Assembly (NCBI GenBank): GCA_046563655.1
Contig: CM102290.1
Coordinates: 6,386,001 to 6,450,000, forward strand
DNA: 64,000 nt
DNA from: Yuukianura sp. NJ FZ-2021
Taxonomy: Eukaryota
Reading direction: 5' to 3'
Below, piece by piece: positions 29,401 through 42,476 of the stretch (within the stretch, counting starts at the first letter, position 1; each line of letters begins with the position of its first letter). The position numbers and the translations under genes were made by a program. The notes below the pieces were generated by a model. That model saw only the letters and a program-made list of their open reading frames with translations, was not told where the DNA came from and searched no databases.

Positions 29401-30544
29401 TTTAATTGCGATATATCCACGATAATTAAACTAGGGTTCCTGTAGTACTTTTCAGGAGGATTTCAGAAAAGTAACTCATTTTCACCCGGCATTGCTACGC
29501 GTGGGAGTTTTTCGAATGATTTGTTTTGAAATAAATTTTCAATAAATAAAGTCACGAGATGAGGGACGACACAGCAAGTGAAAGTGGGTTCCTGTAGCCC
29601 TTTTTATGAGGATTTCAAAAATATAGTTGACTTTTACCCAGCATCGTTCCGGAATGCATTTCTTTTGAATTCTTTGTTTTGAAACATGAATTTTCATAAA
29701 TAAAGATAACAAGATGACTGACGACACAGCAAGTGAAAGTGGGTTCCTGTAGCACTTTTTATGAGGATTTCAAAAATGTAATTTACTTTCTGTTCATTCT
29801 CACATTTGCATGTTCATTCTCACAAATTTAAGTCGTTTTTGCGTCAAAATGGTGCTCGACATTACCCTGGGTAGCGCATACCAACCCAAGATAAAATACG
29901 AGGCATCGTTTCGGAATGCATTTCTTTTGAATTCTTTGTTTTGAAACATGAATTTTCATAAATATAGGTAACAAGATGAGGGACGACACAGCAACTGAAA
30001 GTGGGTTCCTGTAGCACTTTTTATGAGGATTTCAAAAATGTATTTTACTTTCTGTTCATTCTCACATTTGCATGTTCATTCTCACAAATTTAAGTCGTTT
30101 TGCGTCAAAATGGTGCTCGACATTGCCCTGGGTGCCGTATACCAACCCAAGATAAAATCCGAGACAGAGCGGTTCATCCAGACTTTTAAGTACATGCTAA
30201 CCGGATTTAATTGCGATATATCCACGATAATTAAACTAGTGTTCCTGTAGTACTTTTCAGGAGGATTTCAGAAAAGTAACTCATTTTCACCCGGCATTGC
30301 TACGCGTGGGAGTTTTTCGAATGATTTGTTTTGAAATAAATTTTCATAAAAAAAGTCACGAGATGAGGGACGACACAGCAAGTGAAAGTGGGTTCCTGTA
30401 GCCTTTTTTATGAGGATTTCAAAGATGTAGTTGACTTTTACCCAGCATTGTTCCGGAATGCATTTCTTTTGAAATTTTTGTTTTGAAACATGAATTTTCA
30501 TAAACAATGGTAACAAGATAAGGGACGACACAGCAAGTGAAAGT
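2480..30544. repeat. Satellite array, subfamily II block: 543/544-bp units plus 388/389-bp and 262-bp variant units and local higher-order repeats
   Basis: Same architecture with diagnostic GACATTGCCCTGG, TGCTACGCGT, AAAGTCACGAG and GATGACTGACGAC. ORF-track spacings of 543, 544, 388, 805 and 1475. Confidence 0.97.
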
Positions 30545-33500
30545 GGGTTCCTGTAGCCCTTTTTATGAGGATTTCAAAAATATAATTTACTTTCTGTTCA
30601 TTCTCACATTTGCATGTTCATTCTCACAAATTTAAGTCGTTTTGCGTCAAAATGGTGCTCGGCATTCCCCTGGGTGCCGTATTCCAACCCCAGATAAAAT
30701 TCGAGGCGGAGCGATTTATCCCGACTTTTAAGTCCGCCCTATCCAGATTTAATGGCGATCTATCCACACCAATGAAACTTGGGGTCCTGCAGTACGTTTC
30801 ATAAGGATTTCAGAAAACTAACTCATTTTCACACGGCATCGTTCCGCGCGGAGGTTTTTCGAATGTTTTGTTTTGAAACAAATTTTCATAAATAAAAGTA
30901 ACGAGATGAGGGACGACACAGCAAGTGAAAGTGGGTTCCTGTAGCCCTTTTTATGAGGATTTCAAAAATATAATTTACTTTCTGTTCATTCTCACATTTG
31001 CATGTTCATTCTCACAAATTTAAGTCGTTTTGCGTCAAAATGGTGCTCGGCATTCCCCTGGGTGCCGTATTCCAACCCCAGATAAAATTCGAGGCGGAGC
31101 GATTTATCCCGACTTTTAAGTCCGCCCTATCCAGATTTAATGGCGATCTATCCACACCAATGAAACTTGGGGTCCTGCAGTACGTTTCATAAGGATTTCA
31201 GAAAACTAACTCATTTTCACACGGCATCGTTCCGCGCGGAGGTTTTTCGAATGTTTTGTTTTGAAACAAATTTTCATAAATAAAAGTAACGAGATGAGGG
31301 ACGACACAGCAAGTGAAAGTGGGTTCCTGTAGCCCTTTTTATGAGGATTTCAAAAATATAATTTACTTTCTGTTCATTCTCACATTTGCATGTTCATTCT
31401 CACAAATTTAAGTCGTTTTGCGTCAAAATGGTGCTCGGCATTCCCCTGGGTGCCGTATTCCAACCCCAGATAAAATTCGAGGCGGAGCGATTTATCCCGA
31501 CTTTTAAGTCCGCCCTATCCAGATTTAATGGCGATCTATCCACACCAATGAGACTTGGGGTCCTGCAGTACGTTTCATAAGGATTTCAGAGAACTAACTC
31601 ATTTTCACCCGGCATCGTTCCGCGCGGAGGTTTTTCGAATGTATTGTTTTGAAACAAATTTTCATAAATAAAAGTAACGAGATGAGGGACGACACAGCAA
31701 GTGAAAGTGGGTTCCTGTAGCACTTTTTGTGAGGATTTCTAAAATTTTGTTGCCTTTTACCCAGTATCGTTCCGGAATGCATTTCTTTTGAATTCTCTGC
31801 TTTGAAACATGAATTTTCATAAATATAGGTAACAAGATGAGGGACGACACAGCAAGTGAAAGTGGGTTCCTGTAGCACTTTTTATGAGGATTTCAAAAAT
31901 GTAGTTGACTTTTACCCAGCATCGTTCCGGAATGCATTTCTTTTGAATTCTCTGTTTTGAAACATGAATTTTCATAAATAAAGGTAACAAGATGAGGGAC
32001 GACACAGCAAGTGAAAGTGGGTTCCTGTAGCCCTTTTTATGAGGATTTCAAAAATATAATTTACTTTCTGTTCATTCTCACATTTGCATGTTCATTCTCA
32101 CAAATTTAAGTCGTTTTGCGTCAAAATGGTGCTCGGCATTCCCCTGGGTGCCGTATTCCAACCCCAGATAAAATTCGAGGCGGAGCGATTTATCCCGACT
32201 TTTAAGTCCGCCCTATCCAGATTTAATGGCGATCTATCCACACCAATGAAACTTGGGGTCCTGCAGTACGTTTCATAAGGATTTCAGAAAACTAACTCAT
32301 TTTCACACGGCATCGTTCCGCGCGGAGGTTTTTGAATGTTTTGTTTTGAAACAAATTTTCATAAATAAAAGTAACGAGATGAGGGACGACACAGCAAGTG
32401 AAAGTGGGTTCCTGTAGCCCTTTTTATGAGGATTTCAAAAATATAATTTACTTTCTGTTCATTCTCACATTTGCATGTTCATTCTCACAAATTTAAGTCG
32501 TTTTGCGTCAAAATGGTGCTCGGCATTCCCCTGGGTGCCGTATTCCAACCCCAGATAAAATTCGAGGCGGAGCGATTTATCCCGACTTTTAAGTCCGCCC
32601 TATCCAGATTTAATGGCGATCTATCCACACCAATGAAACTTGGGGTCCTGCAGTACGTTTCATAAGGATTTCAGAAAACTAACTCATTTTCACACGGCAT
32701 CGTTCCGCGCGGAGGTTTTTCGAATGTTTTGTTTTGAAACAAATTTTCATAAATAAAAGTAACGAGATGAGGGACGACACAGCAAGTGAAAGTGGGTTCC
32801 TGTAGCCCTTTTTATGAGGATTTCAAAAATATAATTTACTTTCTGTTCATTCTCACATTTGCATGTTCATTCTCACAAATTTAAGTCGTTTTGCGTCAAA
32901 ATGGTGCTCGGCATTCCCCTGGGTGCCGTATTCCAACCCCAGATAAAATTCGAGGCGGAGCGATTTATCCCGACTTTTAAGTCCGCCCTATCCAGATTTA
33001 ATGGCGATCTATCCACACCAATGAGACTTGGGGTCCTGCAGTACGTTTCATAAGGATTTCAGAAAACTAACTCATTTTCACCCGGCATCGTTCCGCGCGG
33101 AGGTTTTTCGAATGTATTGTTTTGAAACAAATTTTCATAAATAAAAGTAACGAGATGAGGGACGACACAGCAAGTGAAAGTGGGTTCCTGTAGCACTTTT
33201 TGTGAGGATTTCTAAAATTTTGTTGCCTTTTACCCAGTATCGTTCCGGAATGCATTTCTTTTGAATTCTCTGCTTTGAAACATGAATTTTCATAAATATA
33301 GGTAACAAGATGAGGGACGACACAGCAAGTGAAAGTGGGTTCCTGTAGCACTTTTTATGAGGATTTCAAAAATGTAGTTGACTTTTACCCAGCATCGTTC
33401 CGGAATGCATTTCTTTTGAATTCTCTGTTTTGAAACATGAATTTTCATAAATAAAGGTAACAAGATGAGGGACGACACAGCAAGTGAAAGTGGGTTCCTG

Positions 33501-36500
33501 TAGCCCTTTTTATAAGGATTTCAAAAATATAATTTACTTTCTGTTCATTCTCACATTTGCATGTTCATTCTCACAAATTTAAGTCGTTTTGCGTCAAAAT
33601 GGTGCTCGGCATTCCCCTGGGTGCCGTATTCCAACCCCAGATAAAATTCGAGGCGGAGCGATTTATCCCGACTTTTAAGTCCGCCCTATCCAGATTTAAT
33701 GGCGATCTATCCACACCAATGAAACTTGGGGTCCTGCAGTACGTTTCATAAGGATTTCAGAAAACTAACTCATTTTCACACGGCATCGTTCCGCGCGGAG
33801 GTTTTTCGAATGTTTTGTTTTGAAACAAATTTTCATAAATAAAAGTAACGAGATGAGGGACGACACAGCAAGTGAAAGTGGGTTCCTGTAGCCCTTTTTA
33901 TGAGGATTTCAAAAATATAATTTACTTTCTGTTCATTCTCACATTTGCATGTTCATTCTCACAAATTTAAGTCGTTTTGCGTCAAAATGGTGCTCGGCAT
34001 TCCCCTGGGTGCCGTATTCCAACCCCAGATAAAATTCGAGGCGGAGCGATTTATCCCGACTTTTAAGTCCGCCCTATCCAGATTTAATGGCGATCTATCC
34101 ACACCAATGAGACTTGGGGTCCTGCAGTACGTTTCATAAGGATTTCAGAAAACTAACTCATTTTCACCCGGCATCGTTCCGCGCGGAGGTTTTTCGAATG
34201 TATTGTTTTGAAACAAATTTTCATAAATAAAAGTAACGAGATGAGGGACGACACAGCAAGTGAAAGTGGGTTCCTGTAGCACTTTTTATGAGGATTTCTA
34301 AAATGTTGTTGCCTTTTACCCAGCATCGTTCCGGAATGCATTTCTTTTGAATTCTCTGCTTTGAAACATGAATTTTCATAAATATAGGTAACAAGATGAG
34401 GGACGACACAGCAAGTGAAAGTGGGTTCCTGTAGCCCTTTTTATGAGGATTTCAAAAATATAATTTACTTTCTGTTCATTCTCACATTTGCATGTTCATT
34501 CTCACAAATTTAAGTCGTTTTGCGTCAAAATGGTGCTCGGCATTCCCCTGGGTGCCGTATTCCAACCCCAGATAAAATTCGAGGCGGAGCGATTTATCCC
34601 GACTTTTAAGTCCGCCCTATCCAGATTTAATGGCGATCTATCCACACCAATGAAACTTGGGGTCCTGCAGTACGTTTCATAAGGATTTCAGAAAACTAAC
34701 TCATTTTCACCCGGCATCGTTCCGCGCGGAGGTTTTTCGAATGTATTGTTTTGAAATAAATTTTCATAAATAAAAGTAACGAGATGAGGGACGACACAGC
34801 AAGTGAAAGTGGGTTCCTGTAGCACTTTTTGTGAGGATTTCTAAAATTTTGTTGCCTTTTACCCAGCATCGTTCCGGAATGCATTTCTTTTGAATTCTCT
34901 GCTTTGAAACATGAATTTTCATAAATATAGGTAACAAGATGAGGGACGACACAGCAAGTGAAAGTGGGTTCCTGTAGCCCTTTTTATGAGGATTTCAAAA
35001 ATGTAATTTACTTTCTGTTCATTCTCATATTTGCATGTTCATTCTCACAAATTTAAGTCGTTTTGCGTCAAAATGGTGCTCGGCATTCCCCTGGGTGCCG
35101 TATTCCAACCCCAGATAAAATTCGAGGCGGAGCGATTTATCCCGACTTTTAAGTCCGCCCTATCCAGATTTAATGGCGATCTATCCACACCAATGAAACT
35201 TGGGGTCCTGCAGTACGTTTCATAAGGATTTCAGAAAACTAACTCATTTTCACACGGCATCGTTCCGCGCGGAGGTTTTTCGAATGTTTTGTTTTGAAAC
35301 AAATTTTCATAAATAAAAGTAACGAGATGAGGGACGACACAGCAAGTGAAAGTGGGTTCCTGTAGCACTTTTTGTGAGGATTTCTAAAATTTTGTTGCCT
35401 TTTACCCAGCATCGTTCCGGAATGCATTTCTTTTGAATTCTCTGCTTTGAAACATGAATTTTCATAAATATAGGTAACAAGATGAGGGACGACACAGCAA
35501 GTGAAAGTGGGTTCCTGTAGCCCTTTTTATGAGGATTTCAAAAATGTAATTTACTTTCTGTTCATTCTCATATTTGCATGTTCATTCTCACAAATTTAAG
35601 TCGTTTTGCGTCAAAATGGTGCTCGGCATTCCCCTGGGTGCCGTATTCCAACCCCAGATAAAATTCGAGGCGGAGCGATTTATCCTGACTTTTAAGTCCG
35701 CCCTATCCAGATTTAATGGCGATCTATCCACACCAATGAGACTTGGGGTCCTGCAGTACGTTTCATAAGGATTTCAGAAAACTAACTCATTTTCACCCGG
35801 CATCGTTCCGCGCGGAGGTTTTTCGAATGTATTGTTTTGAAACAAATTTTCATAAATAAAAGTAACGAGATGAGGGACGACACAGCAAGTGAAAGTGGGT
35901 TCCTGTAGCACTTTTTGTGAGGATTTCTAAAATTTTGTTGCCTTTTACCCAGCATCGTTCCGGAATGCATTTCTTTTGAATTCTCTGCTTTGAAACATGA
36001 ATTTTCATAAATATAGGTAACAAGATGAGGGACGACACAGCAAGTGAAAGTGGGTTCCTGTAGCCCTTTTTATGAGGATTTCAAAAATATAATTTACTTT
36101 CTGTTCATTCTCACATTTGCATGTTCATTCTCACAAATTTAAGTCGTTTTGCGTCAAAATGGTGCTCGGCATTCCCCTGGGTGCCGTATTCCAACCCCAG
36201 ATAAAATTCGAGGCGGAGCGATTTATCCCGACTTTTAAGTCCGCCCTATCCAGATTTAATGGCGATCTATCCACACCAATGAGACTTGGGGTCCTGCAGT
36301 ACGTTTCATAAGGATTTCAGAAAACTAACTCATTTTCACCCGGCATCGTTCCGCGCGGAGGTTTTTCGAATGTATTGTTTTGAAACAAATTTTCATAAAT
36401 AAAAGTAACGAGATGAGGGACGACACAGCAAGTGAAAGTGGGTTCCTGTAGCACTTTTTATGAGGATTTCAAAAATGTTGTTGCCTTTTACCCAGCATCG

Positions 36501-38962
36501 TTCCGGAATGCATTTCTTTTGAATTCTCTGCTTTGAAACATGAATTTTCATAAATATAGGTAACAAGATGAGGGACGACACAGCAAGTGAAAGTGGGTTC
36601 CTGTAGCCCTTTTTATGAGGATTTCAAAAATATAATTTACTTTCTGTTCATTCTCACATTTGCATGTTCATTCTCACAAATTTAAGTCGTTTTGCGTCAA
36701 AATGGTGCTCGGCATTCCCCTGGGTGCCGTATTCCAACCCCAGATAAAATTCGAGGCGGAGCGATTTATCCCGACTTTTAAGTCCGCCCTATCCAGATTT
36801 AATGGCGATCTATCCACACCAATGAGACTTGGGGTCCTGCAGTACGTTTCATAAGGATTTCAGAAAACTAACTCATTTTCACCCGGCATCGTTCCGCGCG
36901 GAGGTTTTTCGAATGTATTGTTTTGAAACAAATTTTCATAAATAAAAGTAACGAGATGAGGGACGACACAGCAAGTGAAAGTGGGTTCCTGTAGCACTTT
37001 TTATGAGGATTTCAGAAATATAATTTACTTTCTGTTCATTCTCACATTTGCATGTTCATTCTCACAAATTTAAGTCGTTTTGCGTCAAAATGGTGCTCGG
37101 CATTCCCCTGGGTGCCGTATTCCAACCCCAGATAAAATTCGAGGCGGAGCGATTTATCCCGACTTTTAAGTCCGCCCTATCCAGATTTAATGGCGATCTA
37201 TCCACACCAATGAGACTTGGGGTCCTGCAGTACGTTTCATAAGGATTTCAGAAAACTAACTCATTTTCACCCGGCATCGTTCCGCGCGGAGGTTTTTCGA
37301 ATGTATTGTTTTGAAACAAATTTTCATAAATAAAAGTAACGAGATGAGGGACGACACAGCAAGTGAAAGTGGGTTCCTGTAGCACTTTTTATGAGGATTT
37401 CAAAAATGTTGTTGCCTTTTACCCAGCATCGTTCCGGAATGCATTTCTTTTGAATTCTCTGCATTGAAACATGAATTTTCATAAATATAGGTAACAAGAT
37501 GAGGGACGACACAGCAAGTGAAAGTGGGTTCCTGTAGCCCTTTTTATGAGGATTTCAAAAATATAATTTACTTTCTGTTCATTCTCACATTTGCATGTTC
37601 ATTCTCACAAATTTAAGTCGTTTTGCGTCAAAATGGTGCTCGGCATTCCCCTGGGTGCCGTATTCCAACCCCAGATAAAATTCGAGGCGGAGCGATTTAT
37701 CCCGACTTTTAAGTCCGCCCTATCCAGATTTAATGGCGATCTATCCACACCAATGAGACTTGGGGTCCTGCAGTACGTTTCATAAGGATTTCAGAAAACT
37801 AACTCATTTTCACCCGGCATCGTTCCGCGCGGAGGTTTTTCGAATGTATTGTTTTGAAACAAATTTTCATAAATAAAAGTAACGAGATGAGGGACGACAC
37901 AGCAAGTGAAAGTGGGTTCCTGTAGCACTTTTTATGAGGATTTCAAAAATGTTGTTGCCTTTTACCCAGCATCGTTCCGGAATGCATTTCTTTTGAATTC
38001 TCTCCTTTGAAACATGAATTTTCATAAATAAAGGTAACAAGATGAGGGACGACACAGCAAGTGAAAGTGGGTTCCTGTAGCCCTTTTTATGAGGATTTCA
38101 AAAATATAATTTACTTTCTGTTCATTCTCACATTTGCATGTTCATTCTCACAAATTTAAGTCGTTTTGCGTCAAAATGGTGCTCGGCATTCCCCTGGGTG
38201 CCGTATTCCAACCCCAGATAAAATTCGAGGCGGAGCGATTTATCCCGACTTTTAAGTCCGCCCTATCCAGATTTAATGGCGATCTATCCACACCAATGAA
38301 ACTTGGGGTCCTGCAGTACGTTTCATAAGGATTTCAGAAAACTAACTCATTTTCACACGGCATCGTTCCGCGCGGAGGTTTTTCGAATGTTTTGTTTTGA
38401 AACAAATTTTCATAAATAAAAGTAACGAGATGAGGGACGACACAGCAAGTGAAAGTGGGTTCCTGTAGCCCTTTTTATGAGGATTTCAGAAATATAATTT
38501 ACTTTCTGTTCATTCTCACATTTGCATGTTCATTCTCACAAATTTAAGTCGTTTTGCGTCAAAATGGTGCTCGGCATTCCCCTGGGTGCCGTATTCCAAC
38601 CCCAGATAAAATTCGAGGCGGAGCGATTTATCCCGACTTTTAAGTCCGCCCTATCCAGATTTAATGGCGATCTATCCACACCAATGAGACTTGGGGTCCT
38701 GCAGTACGTTTCATAAGGATTTCAGAAAACTAACTCATTTTCACCCGGCATCGTTCCGCGCGGAGTTTTTCGAATGTATTGTTTTGAAACAAATTTTCAT
38801 AAATAAAAGTAACGAGATGAGGGACGACACAGCAAGTGAAAGTGGGTTCCTGTAGCACTTTTTGTGAGGATTTCTAAAATTTTGTTGCCTTTTACCCAGC
38901 ATCGTTCCGGAATGCATTTCTTTTGAATTCTCTGCTTTGAAACATGAATTTTCATAAATATA

Positions 38963-40253
38963 AAGCATGTCTAAGGTCAAAGGACACATTTTGTTTTTTG
39001 TATATTTTATCGCACAACAATTGCAAATTGGGTCAGGCATCACACTTCAATATTTTTTACGGTTCGCTAGACGACACAGAGCGCGTTGGTACCCCTTGTG
39101 ACCGATTTCACGGAGAAAGGTGAAGGCAGGGGCCATGACTTTCTCCCCATGCACTTTCTCCACTTCCGCCGCCATATTGCACCAAATTCGCACAAATCCT
39201 CGGGCGTTTTTTGCTGGAGGCTATCGAGCAGGGTACTTTTCCTTTCCTAACATCCAAAACTTCTCAATTCCTCTGGCCTGCGGGACGTTATGGGGGTTCC
39301 GATCTTCCCGGAGAAAGTTGACATTTTGGGATCCCAAGTACTTAGTCACAGATTTTGCGTATTGGCACGAAGCTAGGTCGGGCCAAAACAGTACATCTTG
39401 TAAATTATGATGTTTTTTGATGAATGGGATGAGTTTTTCCTGCAAAAGTTGCAAATACACGTGCTGATGCATCCTGCCTTCGCAAAGAAAGTGTTCCGAA
39501 GATTTGCCCTTGAAATCGATTGCTTGGCACATCATCCCTTTATTTTGCAAATTTGGATTTTCCGATGAACTTGTACTGAAATTCGACTTGTTTATGGTCT
39601 AAACTTTCTCCCGGGGCGCTTATTTGGGTCCATAAGTACAGAAGATTCAACGTCAATCACCAAAAGTTTCTCCTTCAACTTCCGGTAAAGTCGGAGGCAC
39701 CCAGCTTTTGCTCGTTGTTTTTGGTGACTGACCATTCTGGAGGTGACCCCGCGGGTTCTGGCGGTCATACCGAGCTTTTTGATTTTTATGTATGACACAG
39801 TTGACGGTTTGAGCTTCAATTGAGCAGCGACTTTCCTCACACTCCTCGTTGGATGTTTGGTGAAAGCAGCTTTCACTTTTTGAATGACCTTGTCGGTCAT
39901 GACCTTTGGTTTCCGGGTGTTATTTGGTTTGTAGACACTTTCACCACTTGTATTGTATCGGTCTGTGATACGGTAAATGGTTTTGCGTTGAAAACCCTCA
40001 CTTGCAAAACGTTTAATCGTGACCGATTTGACCCGATTTGCAACATTTTTATGAAATGTTACAAGACGATTCGCGAAAGATTGTCTTTCGGCTCTCGTCA
40101 TTTTTTTAAAACTGATTCAAAAAATCTGAAAATTTGCAATTTTGAAGACATGTGTTGTATAAACTTCGCGGGCAAAAGAGCTAATTCCTAGGGCTCACTA
40201 AACCTGAGAACTGTATGATGCAAAAAATGTGTCCTTTGAGTTTAGACATGCTT
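38963..40253 (-). mobile_element. Tc1/mariner (ITm) superfamily DNA transposon, DD37E type, copy 1 (1291 bp, defective)
   Basis: 30-bp terminal inverted repeats with 2 mismatches (AAGCATGTCTAA gg/ac TCAAAGGACACATTTT). TA duplication at 38961-62 and 40254-55. Removing the element restores the satellite sequence AAATATAGGTAAC. Transposase remnants lie inside. Confidence 0.95.
39047..40101 (-). pseudogene. Disrupted DD37E transposase
   Basis: Basic N-terminal putative DNA-binding region and LLVIDVESSV in ORF 39592-40101. FWPDLASCQY...NPHNVPQARGIEKFW in another frame (39221-39550) has 37 residues between D and E. Apparent frameshifts near 39540-39600 and a premature TAG at 39221-23, after which the frame stays open to TGA at 39047-49. 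Confidence 0.9.
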
Positions 40254-41186
40254 TAGGTAACAAGATGAGGGACGACACAGCAAGTGAAAGTGGGTTCCTG
40301 TAGCCCTTTTTATGAGGATTTCAAAAATATAATTTACTTTCTGTTCATTCTCACATTTGCATGTTCATTCTCACAAATTTAAGTCGTTTTGCGTCAAAAT
40401 GGTGCTCGGCATTCCCCTGGGTGCCGTATTCCAACCCCAGATAAAATTCGAGGCGGAGCGATTTATCCCGACTTTTAAGTCCGCCCTATCCAGATTTAAT
40501 GGCGATCTATCCACACCAATGAAACTTGGGGTCCTGCAGTACGTTTCATAAGGATTTCAGAAAACTAACTCATTTTCACACGGCATCGTTCCGCGCGGAG
40601 GTTTTTCGAATGTTTTGTTTTGAAACAAATTTTCATAAATAAAAGTAACGAGATGAGGGACGACACAGCAAGTGAAAGTGGGTTCCTGTAGCCCTTTTTA
40701 TGAGGATTTCAGAAATATAATTTACTTTCTGTTCATTCTCACATTTGCATGTTCATTCTCACAAATTTAAGTCGTTTTGCGTCAAAATGGTGCTCGGCAT
40801 TCCCCTGGGTGCCGTATTCCAACCCCAGATAAAATTCGAGGCGGAGCGATTTATCCCGACTTTTAAGTCCGCCCTATCCAGATTTAATGGCGATCTATCC
40901 ACACCAATGAGACTTGGGGTCCTGCAGTACGTTTCATAAGGATTTCAGAAAACTAACTCATTTTCACCCGGCATCGTTCCGCGCGGAGTTTTTTCGAATG
41001 TATTGTTTTGAAACAAATTTTCATAAATAAAAGTAACGAGATGAGGGACGACACAGCAAGTGAAAGTGGGTTCCTGTAGCACTTTTTGTGAGGATTTCTA
41101 AAATTTTGTTGCCTTTTACCCAGCATCGTTCCGGAATGCATTTCTTTTGAATTCTCTGCTTTGAAACATGAATTTTCATAAATATA

Positions 41187-42476
41187 AAGCATGTCTAAGG
41201 TCAAAGGACACATTTTGTTTTTTGTATATTTTATCGCACAACAATTGCAAATTGGGTCAGGCATCACACTTCAATATTTTTTACGGTTCGCTAGACGACA
41301 CAGAGCGCGTTGGTACCCCTTGTGACCGATTTCACGGAGAAAGGTGAAGGCAGGGGCCATGACTTTCTCCCCATGCACTTTCTCCACTTCCGCCGCCATA
41401 TTGCACCAAATTCGCACAAATCCTCGGGCGTTTTTTGCTGGAGGCTATCGAGCAGGGTACTTTTCCTTTCCTAACATCCAAAACTTCTCAATTCCTCTGG
41501 CCTGCGGGACGTTATGGGGGTTCCGATCTTCCCGGAGAAAGTTGACATTTTGGGATCCCAAGTACTTAGTCACAGATTTTGCGTATTGGCACGAAGCTAG
41601 GTCGGGCCAAAACAGTACATCTTGTAAATTATGATGTTTTTTGATGAATGGGATGAGTTTTTCCTGCAAAAGTTGCAAATACACGTGCTGATGCATCCTG
41701 CCTTCGCAAAGAAAGTGTTCCGAAGATTTGCCCTTGAAATCGATTGCTTGGCACATCATCCCTTTATTTTGCAAATTTGGATTTTCCGATGAACTTGTAC
41801 TGAAATTCGACTTGTTTATGGTCTAAACTTTCTCCCGGGGCGCTTATTTGGGTCCATAAGTACAGAAGATTCAACGTCAATCACCAAAAGTTTCTCCTTC
41901 AACTTCCGGTAAAGTCGGAGGCACCCAGTTTTTGCTCGTTGTTTTTGGTGACTGACCATTCTGGAGGTGACCCCGCGGGTTCTGGCGGTCATACCGAGCT
42001 TTTTGATTTTTATGTATGACACAGTTGACGGTTTGAGCTTCAATTGAGCAGCGACTTTCCTCACACTCCTCGTTGGATGTTTGGTGAAAGCAGCTTTCAC
42101 TTTTGAATGACCTTGTCGGTCATGACCTTTGGTTTCCGGGTGTTATTTGGTTTGTAGACACTTTCACCACTTGTATTGTATCGGTCTGTGATACGGTAAA
42201 TGGTTTTGCGTTGAAAACCCTCACTTGCAAAACGTTTAATCGTGACCGATTTGACCCGATTTGCAACATTTTTATGAAATGTTACAAGACGATTCGCGAA
42301 AGATTGTCTTTCGGCTCTCGTCATTTTTTTAAAACTGATTCAAAAAATCTGAAAATTTGCAATTTTGAAGACATGTGTTGTATAAACTTCGCGGGCAAAA
42401 GAGCTAATTCCTAGGGCTCACTAAACCTGAGAACTGTATGATGCAAAAAATGTGTCCTTTGAGTTTAGACATGCTT
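41187..42476 (-). mobile_element. Tc1/mariner DD37E transposon, copy 2 (1290 bp, defective)
   Basis: Same TIRs, with TA at 41185-86 and 42477-78. Same satellite position as copy 1, offset by 2224 bp. Confidence 0.95.
41271..42324 (-). pseudogene. Disrupted DD37E transposase, copy 2
   Basis: Same lesions as copy 1, plus a 1-bp loss in a T run at ~42101 (splits the N-terminal ORF) and an A-to-T amino acid change (AKAG to AKTG). Confidence 0.9.

Noticed and set aside
1..38962. CRISPR-like array (conserved ~31-45-bp box separated by spacers)
   Set aside because: The intervening sequences are ~110-200 bp and themselves repeated, there are no cas genes, and the context is eukaryotic.
39120..40191. 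Plus-strand ORFs within the transposon (also 41344-42414) and antisense to gag/pol
   Set aside because: Antisense shadows of real coding frames with no independent motifs.
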